Shown here: positions 30,088 to 39,843 of the stretch, one piece after another
Position numbering within the stretch: the first letter of the stretch is position 1
Layout of the letters: every line of letters begins with the position of its first letter
Source: an uncultured virus (IMG/VR IMGVR_UViG_3300013131_000040)
Taxonomy: Duplodnaviria > Heunggongvirae > Uroviricota > Caudoviricetes
DNA: 64,000 bases
Virus record (IMG/VR): IMGVR_UViG_3300013131_000040
Reading direction: 5' to 3' (one strand)
The notes under the pieces: model-generated
Databases searched by the model: none
What the model saw: the letters and a program-made list of their open reading frames with translations, nothing else
What the model was told of the DNA's origin: nothing
Translations under genes and position numbers: made by a program

Positions 30088-30385
30088 ATGAAGCTAGATT
30101 GGTTCGTCGCCCGATCCGCTTTCAGGGAAAATGATTCAGAAGCAATCCTCGGACTCGTAGAGAGCCAGTTTAACATAGAGATAGACAGGCAATACGAAAT
30201 CAAGCTACTGCCGGATGGATGGATGGGAAGAGGTTGCTATCTGTATAGGCTATAGCCTTACCACATACAAAATATCACATGACGGCTGGGTTACTTGGCA
30301 GTGGAGGCTAGCAAATACTTCAAAAGAGCTGGCTCACCATACTCTTTATAAAAGACAGATCATAATTTATGGACCTAAGAAATGA
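30088..30385 (+). pseudogene. MKL-family (subfamily A) gene frameshifted at a (GGAT)3 repeat
   Basis: MKLDWFVARSAFRENDSEAILGLVESQF stops at 30255; removing one GGAT restores an ORF ending in an ATGA overlap at 30382-30385. Confidence 0.65.
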
Positions 30386-30628
30386 TTAGCGCACTTATTA
30401 TCGCAGCGGGTACAATTTGCATGGCACTGGCAGCCAGTGATATGCTTGCAAAGATGAACTCTGATGAAGGCGCCACGCCTGGCGGATACACTAGCACTGT
30501 TATTGTGTTTATCTTGGGTCTGCTATATTCTATTTTTGGCATTTCTACTCTTGGATCACTTTCCTAGGTGCTATCCTAGGTTCACGGCTGCGAGCTCGGC
30601 TCCCGCGCTAGGATAGGCGAATAGCAGG

Positions 30629-30662
30629 ACGGGCCGGGCCTAAACCCGGTCCCGCCCGATCC
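30629..30662 (+). promoter_or_regulatory. Dispersed 34-bp element copy 8
   Basis: CTAAA 30640-30644, GATCC 30658-30662. Confidence 0.6.
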
Positions 30663-30735
30663 ACAGCGGCGTACCGCGCCGCTACCGGCTGCAAGGCAAG
30701 CTGCAAGCCACTGCTTGCAGGCAAGGAGTAGCGGT

Positions 30736-31131
30736 TTGAAGCTAATAGATGCCGCTTTGCTCTATCACCCTGAGGCTGCTGCCGCACTAGACAGCGGACT
30801 GGTAATACCGAAAGAGGTTTGTCAGGTCTGGAACAGCTTGTTAGCCAGTGATGGCTCGATATGTGTGGGCTGGGGTAACTTTGACGATGCCGGAAAGCTG
30901 CAAGCTACTTATGCAGGAGCTTTTATATTCAATTCCGGCAGTGAAGATAGTTCAACTAACTGTCTGTATATGAAGAGTATTTCTTTTGAATCTGACAAGT
31001 TGCCGGAGTGCTTCTGGTTATCAGATCCATCTACCAGAGTAAGCGCCAGCATGACGAACAGCCTGCGACAGGCAAGTCTTTTCTCGTGCACGATGCTGTC
31101 CTGCAAGTACTTAGTTTGGAAGATTCGCTAA
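30736..31131 (+). CDS. MKL-family protein (SICVGW subfamily), TTG start
   Basis: AAGGAG RBS then TTG AAG CTA; SICVGWGNFDDAGK. Confidence 0.65.
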   Translation: MKLIDAALLYHPEAAAALDSGLVIPKEVCQVWNSLLASDGSICVGWGNFDDAGKLQATYAGAFIFNSGSEDSSTNCLYMKSISFESDKLPECFWLSDPSTRVSASMTNSLRQASLFSCTMLSCKYLVWKIR

Positions 31132-31304
31132 ATCTAAGAGGAGAAAACCCATGTTGTTTTGTATCGACGAAGTTGTGGTTGGTTTCGAGGACATTCCCCT
31201 GGCCACAGAAAGCGCAGAGCTGGGTTCATGGACTGAGTGCAAGGGTCTTTATACTGAGCCGGTAGGATTGTACAGCGCGTCATTGAATACTTCACCATAT
31301 TCCA

Positions 31305-31643
31305 GTGAAGTTAATCAGCTGGGTAGCCCTAAATGCACCGAAAAGGCTCGCTGAGCTTGATCCCAATCTGGCCTTTCCAGATGTGCTAACAGAACAGGAT
31401 ATTTTCGACGTAATAGGCAGCGGCAACTCAATATTCTGGGAGCATAATCCACACGATCTGAGTCTCTTTGATTACGCCTATGTAGATCGAATAAGCGGGT
31501 TGGTTTACTCGAACAAGCTTGTAAAGCCGCAATATATAACATTTCACTTCAGCGCAATGCCTGAGAATAGATTGTATGAGCTACAAGAAGCTAATCCAGG
31601 CATGATCGTGATAGATTATCTATACGTCTCCATTAGGATTTAG
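31305..31643 (+). CDS. MKL-family small protein
   Basis: GTG AAG TTA; KLISWVALN. Confidence 0.5.
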   Translation: MKLISWVALNAPKRLAELDPNLAFPDVLTEQDIFDVIGSGNSIFWEHNPHDLSLFDYAYVDRISGLVYSNKLVKPQYITFHFSAMPENRLYELQEANPGMIVIDYLYVSIRI

Positions 31644-31814
31644 CGCGTCGATGCACAGGTTTGTAGCCGTTGCCTATCTTATTGGAATGCTTGGAATAAG
31701 CTCACTTCTCTTCTTTCTTCCAGAGGCTCAGAGCGATATCTTGCTTACTATCGCAGCGATGGGTATAGCATATGGCACCGTAGATCATGCACTAAAAGAA
31801 AGCGAATAAAAGCA

Positions 31815-32135
31815 ATGAAGCTAAATATAACTTCTGCGGTCTCTTTTGGGGATGCTGATCTGGTAGCTTCTGCAATCCTGGCCCAGATTGGGGCTAAGGT
31901 GCCGCTCGGCATGGTACAGAAATTCCTAGATGCCAAGGAAGCCGGACTGCTCTTAGCTAATGCCGATGGTAAGTATTTTGCAATCTCAAGAGACGGGATA
32001 CTTAACAATGCTGCCGATCACGGCATCTCTGGTTGCCCAGACGTAAAAGTCGCTCTTTTTACTTACAAGAAGAGCACCGCTCGAATCCAAGTGCTAAGGA
32101 GCAGCAATGGACATGCGACTTGTCAGCAGCCCTGA
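31815..32135 (+). CDS. MKL-family small protein
   Basis: MKLNITSAVSFGDADLVASAILAQIG. Confidence 0.6.
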   Translation: MKLNITSAVSFGDADLVASAILAQIGAKVPLGMVQKFLDAKEAGLLLANADGKYFAISRDGILNNAADHGISGCPDVKVALFTYKKSTARIQVLRSSNGHATCQQP

Positions 32136-33037
32136 GGGACTATTTCAGCTTAATAGCGCTTTGCAATACCTGCAAGATCTTCATGATGGATATAATCCTG
32201 AGCCGCTCGATGTCAGCGAAAATCACATGGCAGCCGCGATGGAAGCATGGGTAAATCGCCGTAAGCATATTGTCAATGGCATTCGCTCCGGCTTTTCAGA
32301 TCTGGAAAAGGCCAGGGACGCAGGCAAGCCAACGGCGGACATCCTTATTGACCTGGTTAAAAGAATCGAGAATTACAACGGCATATTTCTGCCGCATCTT
32401 GTAGATTCTTTTGAGGCTGCCACCGGATCTACGCCCCTTGAGGGCTGGCTGTTTAAAAGCCCGCCTCGTGAATGGCGTTTATTTAGGCGCACCCAGATCG
32501 ATATGCGCCCCGTGGATTATCCCGGCTTGTTTTTTCAGAGGGAACATAGCTACTACTTAACCTTTATCGAAGGCTTGCATCTGCTGCTTTTTAGCGCAAA
32601 GCAATTTGTAGCCGGCTATTCCCTGCTAGCATGTGGTATGCTGCTTGTTATCGCGCATCTCCATGTAAAGAGCTTTTCGTTTGACGCTGCTGCCGCAATC
32701 ACAATTCTGCTTGGCATCTTCTTTGGTGCGACAACGCTTAAGTCAATCTATTTAATTGGCGCCGAGCACCGTAATCAAAAACTCTCTTCAAAAGATAGCT
32801 AAATGAAAAAGAAATCCAAGACAGATCCTAATCTCGTGGTCGCTCTGAATCGCATTGTAATCTCCGACGACTCAGGCCCGGTAGCTGACTTCATTAGGCA
32901 TGGCTCTGCGTATGAATATGTTGCCGCAGAGAAGGGAGATGTGGCCCGCGTGCTTTCCACCTCTGGTGATAGCCTGCTCTGCGCTTTCCACCGTACAAAG
33001 CTGGCGGTAGAAGTGCCGGCAACGAGCGTAGCACCAT

Positions 33038-33490
33038 ATGAAGCTTGAATACTGGAACAATAAGTTCTTTACGCTAGAGCTTAATCGCAACTACATGAGT
33101 GAGGCGCACAAGTGGCCACTACTGGATAGCGTACTTGACGCTGCTGACAGGGCCATCCCGCTGACCTCCGAGTCAAAAACAGGCAGAAGTATCTGTGTCG
33201 GCTGGGCCTCTATTGGGTCGAACGGTAAACCAGATATGTGGCTTTATCACCATGCTCTCTGTGTGCCAAGAATGGAGGAGAGAAGCAAGCGGAGTTTCGG
33301 CTTCACGCTTATCCAGAGAAAAGATCAATGGCATCCTATTGTATCTAGCAAAGAGAAGCGCCTCGCGCCAGTGTTTAATGTCGGTGCTCTACCCGAAAGC
33401 GCCGCCTTCGTAAAAATCCTCAATGATCACGGCATCTTAGCTCACATGGGAATGCCAATTCTTTCCGTTCCTGAGCTAATTAAAAAGTAA
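33038..33490 (+). CDS. MKL-family protein (SICVGW subfamily)
   Basis: MKLEYWNN; SICVGWASIGSNGKP. Confidence 0.65.
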   Translation: MKLEYWNNKFFTLELNRNYMSEAHKWPLLDSVLDAADRAIPLTSESKTGRSICVGWASIGSNGKPDMWLYHHALCVPRMEERSKRSFGFTLIQRKDQWHPIVSSKEKRLAPVFNVGALPESAAFVKILNDHGILAHMGMPILSVPELIKK

Positions 33491-33496
33491 GTAGCG

Positions 33497-34246
33497 ATGA
33501 GAGAAATTATACTGACCGACATTCACGGATGCTATGACGAGCTGCGGTCGCTTCTAAAGGAAGTTGGCTTCGGTCGTGGAGACATTGTAGTTGGAGCTTC
33601 CGACGCGGTAGACAAGGGGCCAGAGTCAGCTCAGGTTGTCCGGTTTCTACGCCAGTTGGAGAGCGATGGTCAGTTGGTTCGTATCAAAGGAAATCACGAA
33701 GTTAAATTCGTAAAGTTTGCCAGGAAGTACAAGAAAGACCCGCAGCGAGCACTTGAGCACAGGTACGCTGCGCATATGCTAAAGACCCTACGAGCACTGG
33801 ATGACTCGGACGTAGAATGGCTTTCTCGGGCGGCCCTGTGGGCTCCGCTCAGTCAGTACAATGGTATTGTTGTTCATGCCGGCTTTGAGCCGGGAATGCA
33901 GCACCTGCCTCCGGCTGGCGCAATGGAAGATTCAGATATTGAAGGCGCCAGTGCGCTAATCTACTGCCGGTATGTCAAGAATGGCCGAATGGTTAGGCTT
34001 GGCGGCGAAGATGACACCTGCCAGTTTTGGGCGGATATTTACGATGGGAGATGGGGCCATGTATTCTATGGTCATCAGCCCTGGTTGCAAGAAGAGCCAC
34101 GCTTGACAAGCAATACCTCGGGCCTTGATCTTGGTTGCGTAGTAGGCGGGCGCTTGGCCGCCGCAGTTCTTGAAGGTGGTAAGGTACATTATGCATCCGT
34201 TCCGGGTGCGCAGTATGCCGCGCCTTACAAGAAAGAAGCCAAGTGA
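33497..34246 (+). CDS. Calcineurin-like metallophosphoesterase (ApaH/PrpA-like)
   Basis: DIHG, DAVDKG, GNHE, VHAG, YGH, LDLGCV.GG.L. Confidence 0.88.
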   Translation: MREIILTDIHGCYDELRSLLKEVGFGRGDIVVGASDAVDKGPESAQVVRFLRQLESDGQLVRIKGNHEVKFVKFARKYKKDPQRALEHRYAAHMLKTLRALDDSDVEWLSRAALWAPLSQYNGIVVHAGFEPGMQHLPPAGAMEDSDIEGASALIYCRYVKNGRMVRLGGEDDTCQFWADIYDGRWGHVFYGHQPWLQEEPRLTSNTSGLDLGCVVGGRLAAAVLEGGKVHYASVPGAQYAAPYKKEAK

Positions 34247-34758
34247 AAACATTCCTTTTTTTAGACATGGAGTTTAGCGGGCTAGATCCGCGCGTTCATA
34301 GGCCGTTAGAGATTGCTGCGATTGCAGCAGATCCACGTCTAAAGCAACTGGGCAAATATCACGCAGCTTTTTACTGGGATGAAATCGAGTTTAGTGACTG
34401 GAGTGAGCGAGTCCATGCCAACAGCGGTCTAATGGACCTGATTGTCGATGGCAAAGAGGCGGAGCAAGTTGACGCTGAATTATGCTCCTTTGTCCGCTCT
34501 TTCCCCGGTGATATTATCCTTGCAGGCCAATCTGTGTACGTAGATCGAGAGTGGATTGCCTGCTACCTACCGCATTTTGCCTCAAAGCTCAACCACAGGA
34601 TGTTTGACCTGACTACCATAGACATGGTACTTGAAGACCTTGGGTCTTCAATAAGGCACAGGGCAGGCACACACCGGGCTCCAGACGATGCAAAGGCCGC
34701 ACTAGAAGCTGCACGGCACTACATGAAAACGCTATCATACAACCCGTCGCTGCTATGA
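34243..34758 (+). CDS. orn: Oligoribonuclease (DEDDh)
   Basis: LDMEFSGLD, PLEIA, LAG.SV..DR, HRA.DD. Confidence 0.8.
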   Translation: MKTFLFLDMEFSGLDPRVHRPLEIAAIAADPRLKQLGKYHAAFYWDEIEFSDWSERVHANSGLMDLIVDGKEAEQVDAELCSFVRSFPGDIILAGQSVYVDREWIACYLPHFASKLNHRMFDLTTIDMVLEDLGSSIRHRAGTHRAPDDAKAALEAARHYMKTLSYNPSLL

Positions 34759-35189
34759 AGTTATTGCTCGCTGCCCTAATAGCATGTGACATAGAGGATC
34801 TGATGTCTGCGTCGGATAGGCAGGATCTAGATTCCACCTGGAGAGTTGCGCTTGCAAAACTAAGGGAAGGCAACCGGAAGCGAATAGGTGTTAGATTCCG
34901 CCCCCGCTACGGGGATACCGACTGGTGTATAGGAAATGGAAGTCTGGTAGAGAGGATGTACAAAACAGTACAGCTGTCTTGTCATGTAAGCAAGGAAGAG
35001 TTGTTCTTAGTAAAGCTTAGAGGTAGCCTCGAGCCACTAGAAAAACATCCCTTGTTATGTAAGCTAGACGAAACTATGTGGGAGTTTTCTAGGTCTCAAG
35101 TAGCCCCTTGGGGTGGATTTGGTTTTGAGAGCACCTATTATGTAGGCGAAAAAAATCCATGGCCTGGCCAGATCGGAGAAGTCATTTGA
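34755..35189 (+). CDS. MKL-family small protein
   Basis: ATGA overlap with orn; ATG AAG TTA. Confidence 0.55.
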   Translation: MKLLLAALIACDIEDLMSASDRQDLDSTWRVALAKLREGNRKRIGVRFRPRYGDTDWCIGNGSLVERMYKTVQLSCHVSKEELFLVKLRGSLEPLEKHPLLCKLDETMWEFSRSQVAPWGGFGFESTYYVGEKNPWPGQIGEVI

Positions 35190-35401
35190 CCCAGCAAGAA
35201 CTGTTTCGCCGTATTATTATTCGCTTTGCGACCTCAAACTCCTTAAACCTAGGAGCAGTCGCCGAGCTTATCGGGGTAGACACTAAAACCGTAGCCAAGT
35301 GGATGAGAGGCGAGCTAGTACCTCACAGTTCGATTCAGGGACCAATAGAAGATATCCTAAAAGGTACAGATGGTAATTCTGCTAATAACAGTGACAGTTA
35401 A
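35186..35401 (+). CDS. Cro/C1-type HTH protein
   Basis: AVAELIGVDTKTVAKWMRG..VP. Confidence 0.6.
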   Translation: MTQQELFRRIIIRFATSNSLNLGAVAELIGVDTKTVAKWMRGELVPHSSIQGPIEDILKGTDGNSANNSDS

Positions 35402-36069
35402 CGCAAATTATGTAACACATTGACCTACATATTTCCGGAGGGTACCTTGATGAAGAACGTAGAAGATATCCTAAGGAAAACCGCATTAAACACCCTTGGC
35501 CTACTGTTGGAGCGTACTTGTGAAGAAGAAGTTCGCGCCCGTATTGCCAGGCTACAAGAATCTGCCTTTCACGCTAACAAGGACGAAATCAGCCGGTTGG
35601 CTGACGAAGTAGTTGAAATAAAAAAGAAGCTAAAGGGTTAGCGCAATGAGCAAGCTAAAAGCTAGGAATACGGCTCTGGCCTCTCACCTTGCCGGGGGTC
35701 GCGGTGCGGGCAGACACGCTTCTGCCGAGCGCAAATACGCTAAAGGCAAGAACGATCACTTAGAGGATGGCGGCGCAGCGCCGCCAGATGAGCTGGGTAA
35801 TGCCATTGCCGCGCTTGTATTGGAGCGATCCGGCCTTGGTCTTGGCAATAGCCGCCTAAGTGATCTACTTGTCCTTGGCAGCGCTGCTGATGTAAAGCGA
35901 CAGCTTGATGCTCTTGTAGCTGTAGGCAGGCTGTTAGTATTTGATCTTCTTTCCTGCAAGGCGTGCGGCAAAAGCCTTGAGGTTGCAGTTGGCAGCAGGA
36001 AGCGCTCCTGCTGTAACAACAGTCTACTGCGAAAAATTGGCGAATCATTTTCCGCCTAAGAAAGGCCGT

Positions 36070-37260
36070 ATGCGCAATTTATTGCTGTTGTGTCTGCTGG
36101 TTTCCGCCTGCTCTGATGAGATCCTGGTTCCAGAAAACAAGTGCGGTGTGCCATGTGCCGTGCGTCTAAGAGAGCTTCTGCTGAACGAGGAGGCGCTTGC
36201 AGCTACATGTAGGCCATCGGTATCAGTATGTGATGCTGACGGCGTTCCCTCTTGCCCGGACTACATCCCGCCAACAACACAAGAGATATGCGGTTTCTTC
36301 GAGGACGACGACTGCGACCCCTCGACAACAGAGGCGAATATAGTTATTCATCCGGGCGATTCAAGAAATCGCTGCCGCTATACGGAACAAGGCGCATGCA
36401 AGAATGCAAATACCATCTGCATTGATGGCGAGCTAGTATGCGACCCAGGCTTTTCCAGGCCAGAGATATGTGATGCCCAGTTCGAGGACGAGGACTGCGA
36501 TGGGCTGGTAAATGGCATGGATCCGAGCATGACTTTAACGGTTCCGCCATTTGTATATGATGGCGATATTTCAACCGTCAATGTAGGCATCTGCCGTGCT
36601 GGCGTAGCTCGATGTGTAGACGGCATCCAAGTATACGAGGGTATGATTACCCCTCGGGATGAGGAGTGTGGTAACAGGCTTGACGATGATTGCGATGGGC
36701 TTGTGGATGAAGCCAGCGATGACTCTGAACCCCGCTCGTTTTTGCTTGTTATTGACTACAGCGGGTCAATGGACGTATACATCGACAGTGTAGAAACCGC
36801 CCTCTGTAACTGGTCACTTTCTAGACCGCAGGATATATTTGGCGTAGCGGCCTTTGGTATTTCTGGCAGAAGGGAGGAGTACCTCATGATCTCTCCATTT
36901 TCTTCAGCCACTGATGCCTGCGCAGACATGCTGGGTCTTACCTATCATGCGGGAGGTTTGGAGTACGCAGCGAATGCCACGCTTAGATTCCTGGAAGAAG
37001 AGAGCTGGCTAACGGAGGAAAGAGCAGTCATAATCTTTACTGACGAGTATTACCAAGTGTATGCGCCTAGTGACACCCCTCGCCTGATTGAGAGCTGTGA
37101 AGAAAACGATTATACAGTCGGTGTTTACACGCTACGCCATTTCCATAACTCTTTTGCAAATATAGCTGCTGGTTGCAACGGATGGCTTGACGACCTCTCC
37201 GTTCGTCCAGAGCAAATGGTAAACAGTCTTACCTCTAGATTCGCAGGAAATTGCGACTAA
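36070..37260 (+). CDS. Lipoprotein with Cys/Asp-rich (MopE-like) repeats and C-terminal vWA domain
   Basis: Lipobox LLVSAC; repeats EIC...DDDCD, EICD...DEDCDGLV, EECGNRLDDDCDGLVDE; MIDAS DYSGSM, IIFTDE. Confidence 0.8.
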   Translation: MRNLLLLCLLVSACSDEILVPENKCGVPCAVRLRELLLNEEALAATCRPSVSVCDADGVPSCPDYIPPTTQEICGFFEDDDCDPSTTEANIVIHPGDSRNRCRYTEQGACKNANTICIDGELVCDPGFSRPEICDAQFEDEDCDGLVNGMDPSMTLTVPPFVYDGDISTVNVGICRAGVARCVDGIQVYEGMITPRDEECGNRLDDDCDGLVDEASDDSEPRSFLLVIDYSGSMDVYIDSVETALCNWSLSRPQDIFGVAAFGISGRREEYLMISPFSSATDACADMLGLTYHAGGLEYAANATLRFLEEESWLTEERAVIIFTDEYYQVYAPSDTPRLIESCEENDYTVGVYTLRHFHNSFANIAAGCNGWLDDLSVRPEQMVNSLTSRFAGNCD

Positions 37261-37264
37261 CATC

Positions 37265-37298
37265 ACGGGCCGGGCCTAAACCCGGCCCCCGCCGATCC
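37265..37298 (+). promoter_or_regulatory. Dispersed 34-bp element copy 9
   Basis: CTAAA 37276-37280, GATCC 37294-37298. Confidence 0.6.
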
Positions 37299-37521
37299 CG
37301 TCCGCCGATGCGGGGTCGCCATACAGCAACAAGGATGCAAATGGATTTATTGATTTTTGTGTTATACGTCGCTGTGTTATCGTGGTGGGAGGTATATCTA
37401 CGCACGGTGGAATCACCTAATTTGCTGGGCTCCTTTGTCGCCCTAGGTTGCAGTATATACCTCGTCCACTTTACGTTTACCTCTGCAATCGCCATGCTGT
37501 TTGGTTCATTCCCAGGATTAT

Positions 37522-37950
37522 ATGAAGAAGCTGAGTAGTCTTTTTCTTTTCTTGTTGACTTCTTGCTATTCACCGCCAACGAATATAGAGCTGCCAGGTG
37601 TTGCCTGTGATTTCACCAGGTACAGTCTCCAGCCGGCCGATTACCTGGGCAAGGCAGTTAAGCAGGGATCTTATTTGTGTCCATCGGGTGCTGCCGTGAC
37701 GGCTTTTTTGTCTCGCGGCAAACTGGTAGCAATCAGAAGCGATGATCCAGACGTATTCACTGCATACCTAGACTACTCTTTGGGTTGCAAGAATTTGCCC
37801 GAGATGCCTAGTACTCACGCGCACCTGTCTGAACTAGGGTATGCCTCTTCCTACTACTGCGCCGACCGCAATAGCTTTCTAGTGCTGGTTAGCTCTTCAG
37901 ACGTGCTGCTAGTAGAGGAATTTTGGCAGCCAGCTAAATCAATTCACTGA
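37522..37950 (+). CDS. Predicted lipoprotein
   Basis: MKKLSSLFLFLLTSC signal peptide/lipobox. Confidence 0.55.
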   Translation: MKKLSSLFLFLLTSCYSPPTNIELPGVACDFTRYSLQPADYLGKAVKQGSYLCPSGAAVTAFLSRGKLVAIRSDDPDVFTAYLDYSLGCKNLPEMPSTHAHLSELGYASSYYCADRNSFLVLVSSSDVLLVEEFWQPAKSIH

Positions 37951-38196
37951 AAAACGCAAAGTATAACTGCAAGAGCAGAAAGCGAGAGCGTTGAATGGCG
38001 CTATGGAAAGCCAGTCTTAGATCTGGCGAGGCAACGGGAACTGCACTGATTCGCGCAGATACTCTTGCACAGGCCAAGAATAGTGTTTTTAATCAGTTCC
38101 TGAATCTAGAATATTCGAGCATCGCGTGGTTAGGACAGCCTACGTTCTGGGTTCTGTGCTTGAGCTTGCAGCCAGTCGATAAAGCGGAGGCTGCCG

Positions 38197-38652
38197 ATGA
38201 AGCTTGAAAAAGCAAGAACCATTCTAGATGTTCAGGACTTGACCGTATTTAACAGGCAGAAATTAAAGAGGTATGCAGATACATTCAACTGCTGTCTAGA
38301 CTGGATCTGTATAAATCCACCCGGGACATGTGCAGTAGATCTGCGCTATAGCGAAGGCAGTGCCTCAGACAAAGTAGACGTAAGATTTTTTACGCTCAAT
38401 TCCAAGGGACAATGTCCGCTGGTACCCAGCTACGCCCAGACCTACAAGCTGTCTGCAAACCACCGCGGCGAAGATATTTATTTTGCGCCTGGTCGTATGT
38501 GGGTAGAAGGGGGCACGGATTGGCATCTAAGCATTGACTGGCAAGCTCTCCGTCCCGGAAGCCCGCCCATTGTTGCTTTGGAGCAGGTAGTCAATCTAGG
38601 CGAATTTGGACTTGAGTTAACCGACAAGTTTTATATTACGGAGCGGAAATGA
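38197..38652 (+). CDS. MKL-family small protein
   Basis: MKLEKARTILD; 11-nt overlap with the upstream gene. Confidence 0.6.
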   Translation: MKLEKARTILDVQDLTVFNRQKLKRYADTFNCCLDWICINPPGTCAVDLRYSEGSASDKVDVRFFTLNSKGQCPLVPSYAQTYKLSANHRGEDIYFAPGRMWVEGGTDWHLSIDWQALRPGSPPIVALEQVVNLGEFGLELTDKFYITERK

Positions 38653-39305
38653 AAAGCATAGAAGAGCTTCAATCCGACCTGGCAGTGATCGTTACAAAGA
38701 TAGACGAGGCAGTCAAAACCGAAATCGAATTGCGGTTTCGCTTTATCTCGGAAGATATCTACAAGTGGTTGCAAGAGGGTGGATGTCTGGAGTGCAATGG
38801 CACGGGTGTAGCCTTTCCGTGGAAGGATTGCCTGGACACCATTGACTGTCCGGCGTGCGATGGCACTTCGCCAGCGTATAGTCTTTCGTGTGTCAGCACG
38901 AACAGCAACGTCGATTCCCCTTACTTCACCGAGCCCAACTATAGCCTTGCGGATGCTGTGGCAAACCATTATCGACAAACAAATAAAAAGTGGAAAATGG
39001 TTCCTTTCTGGACTCCTGCTAGGGAACGAGAAAAGATCGCAGCAGCTAACGCTACGCACAACCTGCGGCTACAAAAAGCTGCTATCGAGGACAGCATTCG
39101 TGCCCTGAAGTTGGCGCCCAAGAGTAGCACACAAACATCTACTGGGCTACCCAACCTAAGCGGAGTTAGCCAGCGTCAGGTTGGATTCGGCAAAGCCTGC
39201 CGTAGTGCAGCAATCGCAGGCAATCATATAACCGAAACCGAAGCTGCAAAATTTCATGATTCTCGTTATTGGATTGATAATTTCAAGCACCTGCTGGGTA
39301 GGTGA
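38649..39305 (+). CDS. Protein with DnaJ-like CxxCxGxG zinc finger
   Basis: CLECNGTG and CPACDGT. Confidence 0.55.
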   Translation: MKSIEELQSDLAVIVTKIDEAVKTEIELRFRFISEDIYKWLQEGGCLECNGTGVAFPWKDCLDTIDCPACDGTSPAYSLSCVSTNSNVDSPYFTEPNYSLADAVANHYRQTNKKWKMVPFWTPAREREKIAAANATHNLRLQKAAIEDSIRALKLAPKSSTQTSTGLPNLSGVSQRQVGFGKACRSAAIAGNHITETEAAKFHDSRYWIDNFKHLLGR

Positions 39306-39404
39306 TTGAAGATTTACTCCAGCAGAGTGGTTCTGCTGGAAAACGCAATGCAATGCTGCTTGGCCAAAGCATTGTTTAACACTCGGCCAAAAGGATAGAT
39401 TATA

Positions 39405-39770
39405 ATGTCAAAGAACAATGATTCCCGCCGTGTATCTCGTAAGGCCAGCGCGTTTGATTCGCGCCGCACTCTAGGGCCTGTAGCTACGCTCCTGCTTCGC
39501 TCGCTTGTTACTCGTGACCGCTCACTTCAGGAGCTTACACAGGTTCATGCTCGTGCCCGTCGCTCGCTGCGCTCGCTCGTAGATCGTGGTCTTGTCCTTG
39601 AGCGCAAGACTGCTGATGGCGTACTCTTTACGCTTTCAGCTGGCGCTCGCCGCTCGCTTGTTCCAGCTCTGCGCGCTACCCGCTCGTCTGCTGTTACTGC
39701 CGTAGTTGTTACTGGCGTACCGGCTCGTGATACCCGTCGCAGCAAGCGCACTTCAACCTTCAAAACCTGA
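39405..39770 (+). CDS. Basic winged-helix-like DNA-binding protein
   Basis: Arg-rich; SLQEL...RRSLRSLVDRGLV...LFTLS..G-like pattern. Confidence 0.5.
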   Translation: MSKNNDSRRVSRKASAFDSRRTLGPVATLLLRSLVTRDRSLQELTQVHARARRSLRSLVDRGLVLERKTADGVLFTLSAGARRSLVPALRATRSSAVTAVVVTGVPARDTRRSKRTSTFKT

Positions 39771-39779
39771 AGTCGCAGG

Positions 39780-39813
39780 GCGGGGCCGGCCTAAACCCGG
39801 CCCCGCCCGATCC
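39780..39813 (+). promoter_or_regulatory. Dispersed 34-bp element copy 10 (perfect 12-bp inverted repeat)
   Basis: GGGCGGGGCCGG-cctaaac-CCGGCCCCGCCC from 39778; GATCC 39809-39813. Confidence 0.65.
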
Positions 39814-39843
39814 CCCTCGGCGTACCGCACCACCGGAGGCAAT

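Noticed and set aside
337..30385. Diversity-generating retroelement behind the MKL variation
   Set aside because: No reverse transcriptase is in the window and I saw no near-identical template/variable repeat pair differing at adenines.
35420..35448. TTGACC-N17-TACCTT sigma70-like promoter
   Set aside because: It overlaps the GGAGGG RBS and lies immediately before the ATG at 35450; as a single instance it is plausibly chance.
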